Shown here one piece after another: positions 1 through 13,057 of a stretch of DNA of 64,000 nt. The stretch lies in NCBI GenBank assembly GCA_951406725.2, contig OX597818.1:79236001-79300000 (forward strand), read 5' to 3'. This DNA is from Octopus vulgaris (Eukaryota). The notes beneath the pieces were generated by a model. That model did no database searches. It saw only the letters and a program-made list of their open reading frames with translations, and was not told the origin of the DNA. Each line of letters starts with the position of its first letter. Position 1 is the first letter of the stretch. A program made the position numbers and the translations under genes.

Positions 1-331
1 TGACAAATGAAGCCATTCTTCAAGCAGCAAGAGTTGATCCCCTGTATGCAATTGTAACCGAACGACAAATAAGAATGGTTGGGCACATACTATGACTGCG
101 AGAACATAAGATTGCCAAAACAATCATGAGTTTGATGTTGCCGGAAGGCAAGAGAAAAAAGTGGCCGGCCAATGAATACGGCGTAGTCCCTTCAGAAAAC
201 ACCAACGCAGACTGAACATCACCTTGGAAGAAGCAAATGGGTTGGCCAGGAGACAGAAATAATTGATGATCTCTGAGTGTCTAATGTGCCACTCAAAGGC
301 ACCATCGGACCCGAAGGTGAAGAAGAAGAAG

Positions 332-332
<1 letters not shown>
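1..332 (+). mobile_element. RTE-clade LINE 3' end (decayed) with (GAA)n tail
   Basis: Frame from nt 3 reads TNEAILQAARVDPLYAIVTERQIRMVGHIL*LREHKIAKTIMSLMLPEGKRKK, matching the RTE C-terminal TNE..RW.GH..R...GKR.RGRP pattern; ends in gaagaagaagaa. Confidence 0.7.
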
Positions 333-386
<54 letters not shown>

Positions 387-414
387 CGTGCGTTTGTGTG
401 TATGCATGTGCGTG

Positions 415-555
415 GCAAAAGTGACAGACCGAATAAATATCAAACTTAAAGAACAAATTAGCAGTGTGGTTTATTTGTTCGATTAAACCCATCAAGTCGA
501 TGCCCCATCATGAGGACGGTCCAATGACTGAATCAAGCAAGAGATACAAGATAAT
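415..555 (+). mobile_element. SINE 3' half (same family as 38892-39293)
   Basis: Diverged match to the reverse complement of 38892-39030. Confidence 0.55.
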
Positions 556-808
556 ACTAGATATTGAGTGATAAAGCTATTATCTAATATGAAGGTGAGA
601 AAGTGAGCAGACATGGCAATTGATCAGTGTCTCCAAATTTAGTCGAAAGAAATAAAGAAGACATCCTCACCTCTGGTACATATCCCCGAATCTCACAATA
701 GTGTGCGTTACATTAAAGTCATCAAAGAGTCAGAGTGTGATGTATAAGGCGACGGCTTAAACTGGATTCTACTATAATCATAAGCGAGCGTCATTTGATT
801 ATCTATGA

Positions 809-1653
809 CTAGCAGAATTGCCCGGCGTTGCTCGGGACTGAATTGCTTGAAAGTACTGTTAATGATTGCACTGAATTATGATGATTATTCAGGCAAATAT
901 TGATATAAGTTTACGGTGGGAGATAAGGACTTAACGATCAAACGTGTGCCATTGCATTGTTTTGGGGGAACCAAATTTCTGATGAGCATTATAGGGGCAC
1001 CAACTTTAAGTTTGAGAAAGTGTGGTGGTAGTCCGGGGTGCTCAAAGGAATTGAGCACCTCTATTGGATAGTTGATGACGTCCTCTGGGTCAGGAGTTGT
1101 ATCGATAGACTGATATACATAGACTTCCCCAGGAATGAGTTTTAGCATTTCATCATTAATATGGTGAACAGTTCTATTCCTCGAGGCCAGTATAGCTTTT
1201 TTGCCAATCCAATCCATATTCTGATAATTAGCTTGTAGATCTGGGAACACTGCATCTCTGAGATCAGAAGGCGTCTTAACAACGGTACAAATGGAATCGA
1301 TGGCAATATTACCATTTTCATCCCCTGGTATTTTGCCTTCGCCAAGTGCAAGGAGGGTGTGAGGAAATGCTGCTGATGTGATATTACGTCGCATATGAGC
1401 ACGCATATTGGTGTGAAGTTTGAGAGTTACTTCCCTTTATTAAAAAATATGCATTAAAATGGAAAAAAATGATGGTAAATTATTTGTAAAGTCGTAGACT
1501 CATCGTAGACGCGCGCTAATACCCAGAAGGGGTCGATATGAATCACGACTATAAGATACCCGGTTTTGGTTAAACTGCATCGCAAAATGTGGGAGTAGTT
1601 AGGAATCTAAATCGGAGTAGACAAACACACAACCTTTCTTTTATATATAAAGA
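809..1653 (-). mobile_element. Non-autonomous Helitron carrying a helicase fragment
   Basis: Minus strand starts TCTTTATATATAAAAG (1653) and ends CCCGAGCAACGCCGGG hairpin + ...CTAG (809); flanked A|T, no TSD. Confidence 0.85.
885..1406 (-). pseudogene. Helitron PIF1-like helicase fragment
   Basis: Motifs AILASRN..V..IN, Y.SID, YP.E.LNS..PGLPPH.LKLKVGAPIMLIRNL..PK.CNGTRL. Confidence 0.9.
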
Positions 1654-2180
1654 TTTTCGTCCTAAAAACTTTGTATGGATTGAATGGTTACCTCTATGGA
1701 AATATATACACGCACATTATACATACATGTGTGTATAGATGAATATATAAATACATTTAAATATCTATATACACTTTTGGGCGATCTTTCTGTTTCTTAG
1801 AGATAACTTTAGAACTTATTTTCGTCCTAAAAAACTTTGTATGGAGTGAATGGTTACCTCTATGGAAATATATACACACACGTTATACATACATGTGTGC
1901 ATAGATGAATATATAAATACATTTATATATCTATATACACTTTTGGGCGATCTTTCTGCTACTTAGAGATAAATTTAGATCTTATTTTCGTCCTAAAAAA
2001 CTTTGTGCGGAGTGAATCGTTACCTCTATGGAAATATATACACACACATTATACATACATCTGTGTATAGATGAATATATAAATACATTTAAATATCTAT
2101 ATACACTTTTGGGCGATCTTTCTGCTACTTGGATATACTTTAGATCTTATATTCGTCCTAAAAATCTTTGTATGAATTGA
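1654..2180. repeat. Tandem repeat, 165-166 bp unit, about 3.1 copies
   Basis: tcgtcctaaaaa recurs at 1657, 1822, 1988, 2153. Confidence 0.95.
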
Positions 2181-2969
2181 AAAAGAAAATGAATTGAAAT
2201 TTTTAAGAAAGGAATTTGTTTACATACATGTGTGAAATGGCAAATGTTTGTACAGTTGTCCGAAATGGAACTAGGGTAAATGTGTGGAACTGATGTATTA
2301 TAATGAATAGTCCTTCTTGTTGTGAATATTAATTTGATTAATATGAACTGAAAACCAGTGGTGTAGCATATAAGACCATAGGTGATCTAGCAAAAAGGAT
2401 GACCAGTCTGACTGGCTCATCCCTGTCACACACTCACACACACGCACACACACACACACACACGCACCCTCACACACACACACACGCACACACTCACACA
2501 CACGCACACCCACACACACACCGACACGTTAGCTTACAATTTTATTTATATATTTGCGTGTCTATTTGTGTGTAAAGAGGAAGTGGGAGTAATATGCAGA
2601 TCGAAAGAGTGAAATGGTAAAATATTTAGTTTTCTCGAATTTTTTCTGAAATGGGGGTGAAATTGAAAGAAATTTTGTTTGCCATGACCGAATGGAAGTA
2701 CTTTGAAAAATCATAGGTAAACTCTAATTGAAGAAATTGTGTGAGGAGTAAATCGTTATGTATTTATTTGTTTCTGTTAGCTGTGTTTTTTTTTTTGAGT
2801 AGTGGTTTAAGGTACACTTGCAAAGAGAAAGTATGAGAAATTATGTTGATAGCATGAGTGAAGCAGTTCATCCGTTTTATATAAATACTTTCACTTTAAT
2901 CGTTGCACACTTGCAAAGAGAAAGAAGGAGAAATTAGGGTGATAGCATGAGTGAAGCAGTTCGCTCCGC

Positions 2970-3009
<40 letters not shown>

Positions 3010-3226
3010 CCCACACTAAGAAAAGCACTTCACTTACACATCACAATGTGAGTTTTCTCGAAATTTTGCTTAATTGGGGGTGAAATTTGAAAAACTGTAC
3101 CTGGCACAACCCGATGTATTCTACTCTTAAAAATGCTAGGTAAATTGTAATTGAAGAAATCCCATATTGTAGATTTCTATAAGAGACAAAGGGAGGCAGA
3201 TAAAATCTGCATTTTATAATAAGAGA
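1654..3226 (-). mobile_element. Second Helitron 5' portion (non-coding, internal repeats) fused to 809-1653
   Basis: Minus strand starts A|TCTCTTATTATAAAA at 3226; subterminal hairpin gcagat-aaa-atctgc; internal duplications about 2629-2740/3052-3162 and 2815-2870/2908-2962. Confidence 0.55.
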
Positions 3227-3650
3227 TACATATTCAAGGCATATGTTTGCTGCGACTTAAATTCATTTTGTGCCAATATACAGAATGAATGATGAAAAAA
3301 AATTGATCTCGGGTTAACTTTTCTAAAATAAAATCAAATATACTTCTCACTGATCAATAGTCATTTAAATAAAAAAAATAGATAGACGAAATCATTTGGC
3401 TTCAAGTAATGAAACGAAATGAAAAAAACTTCAATCAGAACCTGAAAGCTGCAAGTCAGACGTTTTAATGTTAGTGTGAAAAAAACATTTACGGATGTAA
3501 TGAAACGTAAACTTTGTTATATTTAACCATATATGGAGGAAATGAAAACTAGATTCCTTATAATGATGTTGGATTAACATATTTTTAACATATTCCTTAT
3601 CAACTCCTCCATAATCGCCCGCATGATCACAATCACCTTGACCAAAACAT

Positions 3651-3694
3651 TTCTTCTTCTTCTTCTTCTTCTTCTTCTTCTTCTTCTTCTTCTT

Positions 3695-3725
<31 letters not shown>

Positions 3726-3734
3726 TTCTTATTC

Positions 3735-3770
<36 letters not shown>
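3651..3770. repeat. (TTC)n/(TTA)n microsatellite
   Basis: Direct reading. Confidence 0.95.
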
Positions 3771-3772
<2 letters not shown>

Positions 3773-3990
3773 GCGGCGGCGGTGAGCTGGCAGAATGGTT
3801 AGCACACCACTCGAAATGCTTAGCAGTATTTCGCCTGTTTTACGTTCTGAGTTCAAATTCCGCCGAGGTCGACTTTGCCTTTCAGCCTTTCGGGGTCAGT
3901 AAATTAAGAAGCAGTAAAACACTGGGGTCGATGATGTAATCGACTGGTCCACTCCCCAAAATTTCTGCCCTGGTATCTTTAGTAGACAAT
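3773..3990 (+). mobile_element. tRNA-derived SINE with Deu/Nin-like central domain
   Basis: A-box-like gagctggcagaatgg, B-box gagttcaaattc, core ggtcgactttgcctttcagcctttcggggtc; followed by (ATT)n. Confidence 0.8.
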
Positions 3991-3994
3991 ATTA

Positions 3995-4070
<76 letters not shown>

Positions 4071-4082
4071 CATTATTATAAT

Positions 4083-4130
<48 letters not shown>

Positions 4131-4134
4131 TATT

Positions 4135-5560
4135 AATGGTTTCTTTCCATTATAGCTTTATTTCAGCTTCCTTAGTACCGGGCATCCTCTGGAAGCTAAG
4201 AGTAGCAAGGGCACTTTGGTTTTGCTATGCATGCTACAATTATCACTACATTTATTCCATTTTAGATGGAGAGAGCTTTCCGTACTATATGGACGGTACC
4301 CTTCAACGTTATCTTTTGTATTTCACAGAAATTGGAGTTACCAGGAGTTGCTTAATGTACTTCTCAGTTCCCTTCTTTATCAATCCCAATGCACTAATTA
4401 CTACTGGTATTATCGTAGTACTAAGCTTCCACATTTTTGTTTATTTCAATTTGCATATCATTATTGCGAGAAAGCTTTTTGTGTTCTTTTCTTGAGACAT
4501 TTTGATCTTGTGGGACAGACATATCTATTAAGAGACGAGCTCCTCTGTTGTAGTCCTTGATCACAATGTCTGGTCGATTGGAGTCACTTTTTACGTCTGT
4601 TTGTATGTGAAAGTTTCAAAGGATGGTGACACTTTCAGCATTAACTGGTCCTCTAGACAGTGCCTGTGCCACTTATCATGGGATTCAATTTTGTAGTATT
4701 TACAAGCATTACCGTGGATGTACTGCCATAGTCTGTCATGTCTTATGAGGTACTACTTTTCAGCGAAGATTGGGCTGCAAGAAACAACATGATCAATTGT
4801 CTCTCTGAACTTTCTGCAAATTCTGCACGAGGGGCCAGATCCGTCTTTAAGGACGTATGCATGGCAGTTTCTGGTAGGAAAACTCTGATCTTGCGCTGCA
4901 AAAACAAAATCTTCTGTTTCGCCTTTCGGACCTGTCTCTTGGTGTGTTAGATTTTGATCAATGTCTGGCTTGGAAGGCGGTTAGGGTATTTTCTATGCAG
5001 GAGTTTGCATTTCCAATTGTCTTCGATATTATTCATGCAAGCCTTCTTTGCTTTTTGTTTGATGTTTTTTGCATCAGTGATATGTTTGTCACTATTTGGA
5101 TCTCGTTAGTCTTTCTGATGGTTAATTTCTAAATCAGGAGAATCAATGGTACATCTATCAGCATTTGGATACCTTTGGTCATTCTTATTGTCAACTTGTA
5201 GGCTAACAGACCTTTTAAATTTCTGACTAAACTTCATGAATGAAGCTTGCTTGGAATCTACATGCTTCAGAGCAGTTCGTAAGATCACATTACTTGTTGT
5301 ATTAAGGTAAGTTTTGAGGCCTATTATTGCTGATTTCAAGGATTGCTCGAGCTGTATCAGGTATCTTCTACCTATTTTCCTTGGGAGATAAATCCTGTCT
5401 ACATCTGATTTTCGATGGTGCATTCGGCACCTTATAACGGTTTTACGGATCTTTCCATCCATATTCTGCATGTCAGTGAGACTCCACTTAATGATACCGA
5501 AGCTATATGTGGTTACTGGTACGTCTACTGTCCATGCGATTACCTCTGCTCCATATCTAA
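4135..5560 (-). mobile_element. R4/Dong-type (RLE) LINE, 5'-truncated and decayed
   Basis: KIRK...MHHRKSDVDRIYLPRKIG motif, IDHIVSCSP..EYLIRHD zinc-knuckle region, RPDIVIKD...LIDMSVP RLE motif; ATG/TAA repeat downstream on minus strand. Confidence 0.85.
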
Positions 5561-5579
5561 GGAGTTAAATCGCCCAGGG

Positions 5580-5692
5580 GTTGATAGCTTCATTCTTATT
5601 CCATCCGTTTAATTTCGACTTGGTTGATAGCTTGAATCTTATTCCATCTTTTTAATTTCGACATATGTGATAGCTTTAATCTCATTCCGTTC
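5580..5692. repeat. About 42-bp tandem repeat, about 2.5 copies
   Basis: gttgatagctt..attcttattccatc..tttaatttcgac repeated. Confidence 0.75.
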
Positions 5693-5717
5693 GTTTATTA
5701 TTATTATTATTATCATG

Positions 5718-5801
<84 letters not shown>

Positions 5802-5829
5802 GTTATTGTTATTGGTATTGTTATTAGTC

Positions 5830-6320
5830 AGTCAACTTCTATTGGGTATTTTCTCCGCTCTATCGAATATAGCTTTGTAAACCTTAGGCGTGTGCAATGT
5901 TTTGTTCTGGTTTTGTATGTTCTATTCTATGGGTTATGTATTTACCTGGATGTGTTTGTCCATTAATGAGGCAACCGATATATTATATCGTTTCTGTTTC
6001 CTGTCCCCACATAGCTCTATACTTATATTCGGATAATCTCCACAAGTTTGCCAGGGATATATTATCTGTTGGGAATGTATTTCGATTAAAGACATTTCCT
6101 TTACCGGCGGTCTTTTACAACAATATTTTGGTCAATTATTCATGATCACTCAGTGTCTGTGTTTTGGTATTTCGCAGTATATGATTGCTTTGTTGATCTT
6201 TGAGACCGTTTCTGTTGTATTATTATACCACCTCTTTTCTGTTTGCAGTTCATCGATCTCCAATACATTTTTTTACTTTGCGGTTCACGTCCATACTGCA
6301 AACAACTTCTCTGTCAAAGG
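5830..6320 (-). mobile_element. Very decayed R4/Dong-type LINE 3' end
   Basis: Remnants such as KRWYNNTTETV and AMWGQETETI; ends at (TAA)n 5697-5826. Confidence 0.5.
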
Positions 6321-6649
6321 AAAGTGAAATGTGGGAACAAGAGCTATAAAACTGCTTTTGTAGAACAATATAGCTATTCCTAAAGAAGCAACAATAATAA
6401 CTCTTTGATCCCCTAAAGGTTTCTAAATACGCAGTAATTGTTCGATTAAAAAAAAAATATTTACAGAACCACCACGACAATGAATAATGTAATGATGAAA
6501 ATAAAGTATATTGCTCTGTATGGCATTCCTTAAAAGTATCGAAAGTATGTGATTACTCCAGGATCAATACTTCTCCAGTTCGTGTTTGCTTGCGACTAAG
6601 CGGCCATTTATCTTTTTCCCTAACTGCTACTTACTATGCGGCTTCGTTA

Positions 6650-7700
6650 ATATATGCGGTGTGTCCAAAATGAAATGGACTTTCAAAGCAGTGTACCAGC
6701 CAATCAGTTAGCACAGTATGTTTGCTATATCATAGCTGTGTAGGGGTAATCTTGTCTCTTAAGTCTAAATATCGCCACATCACCCTACCTCAATTAAGCA
6801 TTAATCGCTATAGACAGTGTAGCTTTGTTTAGCGCATTTGGCGATTCGTCGTAAGTTCAACAAGGAAGCAAATGTATGAGCAAATGGATCGTGTAAATTT
6901 CTATTTCAATTTAGGCGAAACATTTACAGAGACTTTTCTAATGTTTCAACAGGTCTCTGGAACTATCTTTTGAGTCATACTCAATGTCGCAAGTGGTATC
7001 ATAATGTCAAAGGCGATCCAAATCTGGACGAATTTCCTCAGCAACGTACAGCGATCTCATTACGAAAGTAATTTCTGTGAAAGTTGCCGCCAGACAGTCA
7101 GTGAAATTTCTGAAACAGCTGGCATCTGTAAACTTTCTGGACGCGTGATTTTAAACTAAACATTTATGATACATCACATTAATGTAAAAGTAGGACGGGG
7201 CCTATTGACAAATGAACCAAAATAACCGATCGCATTCAGTCGTTCTGTAGATTTTGATTGTCCTAATGCTGATGAAAATGTTCTGGTAAGGTGCTATAAC
7301 AGGTAACAATACGTGGGTGTACAGTTACGATGTTGAAATCAAAAGCAGTCATAACTGTAGGCAGGGGTATCATTGTGGTGACCATATTGCTCAAACATGA
7401 AGCTGAATATGGTCGTCATTCTTTGCTTTTCATTAAAAGGGCATCATTTGTCATGAGATTCTTTTCCACGTTATCAAACAATCAATAAGGACTTGGATGT
7501 TCAGAGGCATTTCGGAGAGTTCAGTTTAAAGGGGCTGAGGTATGGAAAGATAAATGCTAGGTGATGGATGCATAAAAATAACATATTATTCGCCCATCAT
7601 TATCCGTATCTTTTTGCCAAAACACGATACAGCTCTCATCGCCTGCCACCTTTCTCACTGGATTTGGTACATGCAAACATTTTGATTTCATTTCCAAGGT
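6650..7700 (+). mobile_element. Decayed mariner transposon
   Basis: Remnants FYFNLGETFTETF, ITGNNTWVYSYDVEIK (TGDETW), PPFSLDL (YSPDL); many stops and frameshifts. Confidence 0.75.
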
Positions 7701-7899
7701 AGTTCGATTGAAAACATTATTTCCAGAACCGTCATGACGATGAATAATTCAACATTATTAAAAGTTATTATTTTTATTAAAAGTTGCCCATCGCAGAAAA
7801 TAGATGTCGAATAAAATTTGCTAAGGGAAGTGTGTTCAACCAGAAGATTCTAAAATTGGTAAAAAAAAAAATAGGGGTTATATATCAAACACAAAGCAA

Positions 7900-9000
7900 C
7901 GATTTTGAAGCATACAAGTCTAGTTAATTTGTAAGTAAATCAATGAATTTTATTATTTTGGCTCTGGTTTCTTTTTCGCTGTACATCGTATTTCTGTTTT
8001 ATATCTATTTAGTATTTTATAATGGCATGTCTTTTATCCTGTTCTGCAATCGTGAATCCTTCAGTCTTTGTCATGTGATCTGCAAATCTCACCTAGTGTT
8101 GCGATTTTTCTTTGACTATTTGCACTTACAATTTTGAAATTTGTCTACGAAGGGGGTTTTCTTGTGATCATTTTAAAACGGCAGACAATAGCCTTTATTT
8201 TTTAATCATAGTTTTAAGTATTTTCTTTTTCATAATTTCTTTTGTAGTCTTTCGACTTTCTTCATAAGTATCTGTTATCGTAGCATCTGTTTTGTGTTTG
8301 TAAGGTTCTTTGGAGATGGAAACCATTTTATTGCCGTGATTTGTAGCAATTTTTATTTCTTTGCCAGATTCATTTTTTTAGTAAATATATCTTAATCTCA
8401 CAGAAGACATTATAATTTTATAGTTACATATAGCATCTACCATCCTGTAAACATAAGTCTGTTGGTTAGCGTTTTCTGAATGCCATCATTATTTTTTCTT
8501 GCTAGTTTTGCTTGCACATTTAACATCCAATTGAGAATATAACTATAAATTATTACTGAGACAACTATCGTATTAATCTAATGCGTCTATGACATTCCTT
8601 CATAGCTTTTCTGTTCTGTGTGTATCTCGCTAGTATCTTGGCTCCCAAGTATCTATAAGACTGGGTTTGTTGTAATTCTATTATCTCTGTTTCTTTATCA
8701 AACATCTTAATAGTTCTTTTAATTGATATATTTCTCTTCAAGATTGATTCCGTCCATTATTAGTAATCCAGATCTCAAATAAAACATTTATTAAATCCGT
8801 CTTCTGTGTATATATTATTTTACTTGTTTATAATAGGAAGATTACAACCTTAGTTTGTCCATACAGGCAGAATTACTGTTTACCCTCTCGTGACATTTGT
8901 ATCCGACTTCTGTTTGATGTAATATATAAGTTAAAGATATTAGTACTCAGTAGAAAAGTAACCGAGTGAAGAATTCTCCTTGGAATACTCATCTTCTAAT
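7900..9000 (-). mobile_element. Possible very decayed Penelope-like RT fragment
   Basis: Weak resemblance only (..Y.HK....ITDTY..; LK*SQENPLR similar to KIHK..PLRPI). Confidence 0.25.
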
Positions 9001-9009
9001 TTAAATATT

Positions 9010-9160
9010 TTTTCTTTTAATCTTTAGTTTTTTCAGCTATTTGACTGCAGCCATGCAAGGAGACCAACTCAAATGGTTTCAGTCGAGTAGTTGGATGGCA
9101 GTACTTATTCTTTCTAAATATGTCTATTGTTTCCAGTACGTAGGTTTGGCGAGAAAACTG
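9010..9160 (-). mobile_element. SINE 3' fragment
   Basis: tttgactgcagccatg...gtacttattc similar to 38920-39030. Confidence 0.5.
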
Positions 9161-9584
9161 CAAGTGATATATTCCTGTCTTGCCTAGATTCTACTTTTAC
9201 CTTCTACAGTTTTCAGTTATGGCATTGTTTGATCAAGCATTGCGTTTCACAGCCACATGAGCCTAGGCATAATTTCTTCACGTCGTTAGAATTATTCATT
9301 TATTTGTTTATTTGTTTATTTATTGGTTTTTAGGTTTCTGTAACATTTCAGATACGTGCCTCTACTGTACAGGTAGAAGGCTGAAGACAAAAGAGTTAGT
9401 TTCGGGGGGAATTTGTTGCTTATATAGCCTTGGTGATTAAAATGGTAATTTTCCTCCAGTGAACTAAGAAGGTGGTAGTACTGACTTCGTCAGTGTGTTA
9501 TCAAACATTTGCGAATACCTTTTATATCAAAGATAAAAAGTTTAAACCGAAGTTTTAGACCTTATCATCCATCGATATCGTCCA

Positions 9585-9705
9585 TATTATTATTTCACAT
9601 TAAACTGTTGGAAAAAAATATCCAACATCGCACTGCAACAAGTAACTTAGATCCCAAGAAGCTTCCTAAGTATCTTAGCTGTCCCTAATAACACTGTTTT
9701 CTGGA
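9585..9705 (-). mobile_element. Short R4/Dong-type LINE 3' end
   Basis: Minus strand reads QKTVLLGTAKILRKLLGI*, then short UTR and TAA repeats. Confidence 0.7.
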
Positions 9706-9716
9706 ATTATACCTAT

Positions 9717-11048
<1,332 letters not shown>

Positions 11049-11179
11049 CTTTCTACTAAAGGCACAAGGCCTGAAATTTGGTGGGATAGGACTAGTCGAT
11101 TACATCGACCCTCTGGGTTTCCCTGCTACTTAATTTATTATTATCCTTATTATTATTATTTGCATTATAATCTAGTAAC

Positions 11180-11800
11180 ATAGCAATACTGGTAATGAGT
11201 CTAGCTAGTTTGTTGGCTGAACTTCAAGTTGCAACCCGCTTCTTTCGCTATTTAGTGTATTTCGATATGTAACAAACATAGTATGAACTAAGCATCAGTA
11301 TTTGTTTGCAATGCAGTAATGACTTCGTTGGTACTTGTTAGAAATGACTACCGCTTAAAACTTGTTCCAGTAAACTGCAACTATGGTGTTATCAAGTTGT
11401 AACTCCTGCATTTTCGTCAGCCAATCATTGAGTCAAAAGCCTTTCTGTAATCAATCCAAGTAGATGACATTTTTTGTCGCTCTTTAACATTTTCAGTTCC
11501 AGTTCATTAAGAAAGACCTCATCAATTACTGTATAAAGCTTGACTTTACAGCTCTGCTACTCTCAAGGAATTACATATTCTTTCTTTTTCTCACTCTCTT
11601 TTTATATTTCCGTTCGTCTTTTTGTTTTTCCCTTCTTTTTCTTTTTGGCTTTCGCTGTTTAGTTAATCTACATTTATTTAGAATAAAGATTACCACCAGA
11701 CAAGTAGTAACCAGTAGTTACACAGGTCATCTGTTCGCTTTTCTTTTTCGCTGAGATTATTGCAGTTCTGACATTAAGCATTAGCTCTGAGATGTTTAAA
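11180..11800 (-). mobile_element. Decayed R4/Dong-type RT fragment
   Basis: TWIDYRKAFDSM at about 11425-11462 (WIDY.KA.DS motif). Confidence 0.55.
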
Positions 11801-12764
11801 AGTGTTGAATATACCTCTATCCTGGTATTTCAGTGTATATAAAATGGAAAAAAATTAATAATTTAAAATATTGCCAATGTCCAGACTTATACAGAAACTC
11901 CTTAAAGAAAACCCCAAATCAATTTTCGTATTGGTTTAGGCAGACGGTGTTTCAGTTTTTATTTTGCTATTAATCCTTCCTGCCTAAAATTATTTCTGTT
12001 GGATTTATTTTCAAAAATAAACTTTAAAAATATTCCTGTTGATTTTATAGTAAGCATTTTATCAAAGTCTCTGTTGTTAGCATAAATTGTTCTATAGAAC
12101 TTTTGAATTACTGCATGTTATTTTTTCCAAAGCAGATACTAAGAAAACATTCTTTAATTGAATGCCATATGCTATACTTTTTTTAATATGATATCTCAGA
12201 CTAATTTATACAGGATACGGCCAAACTTCTCCCAAATTTATCATTCTTGATGTTTTAACAAGAAACACATGATATGTACCATTGCACTCCATGATGATAA
12301 CTATATACAAACAGTAAAATATTAGCTACATGAAGACAGCGTTATTTCCTATCTAAGTTCACTGGCGGCGGCAGAGAGCAGTATGAAAAGAACCTATGGG
12401 AGGTTTTTCCTGTCGCAAACTGTAATTAAATTTCGTGATCGTAGTTATTTTGGTTCAACGTATATATTGTATTTATCATCAGACGATACGTAAATTTGTT
12501 AAATTTTCTAAAGGCATTATCTACTGCTATCTAGGTTGTTTTACTTGCTTTGCAACAAAGAATGTCCATTCTACTTTTATTTACTCTTTACTGTACATAA
12601 TTTACTCTTCCAATTATCGTATTCTGTGGTTGTAAGTTTTGCCTTTTGTAACAATACATTGATTATTTATAGTATAGACTATTGTTGTGAGTATGCAAGC
12701 GTATAGGAAAATGTTTAAATTGGTAATAAAATGGATATTGTAATGTTTTGATTAATTATCTCCC

Positions 12765-12825
<61 letters not shown>

Positions 12826-12971
12826 GTTGTTGTTGTTGTTGTTATTACAGTCTTGGGGTTGACTAATACTCTTTGAGCAAAATCTGTTCTATACAATTGG
12901 TGCAGAAACCTCTCTCGTCGTGTGTGTGTGTAGAGATGGAGATGTATGTTTATGATGTGTTATATATATTT

Positions 12972-13057
<86 letters not shown>

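Noticed and set aside
1654-2180. CRISPR-like array
   Set aside because: Whole units repeat with no unique spacers, eukaryotic context, no cas genes
12214-12425. Possible exon in a slightly GC-richer patch
   Set aside because: No recognisable protein in any frame and weak splice sites
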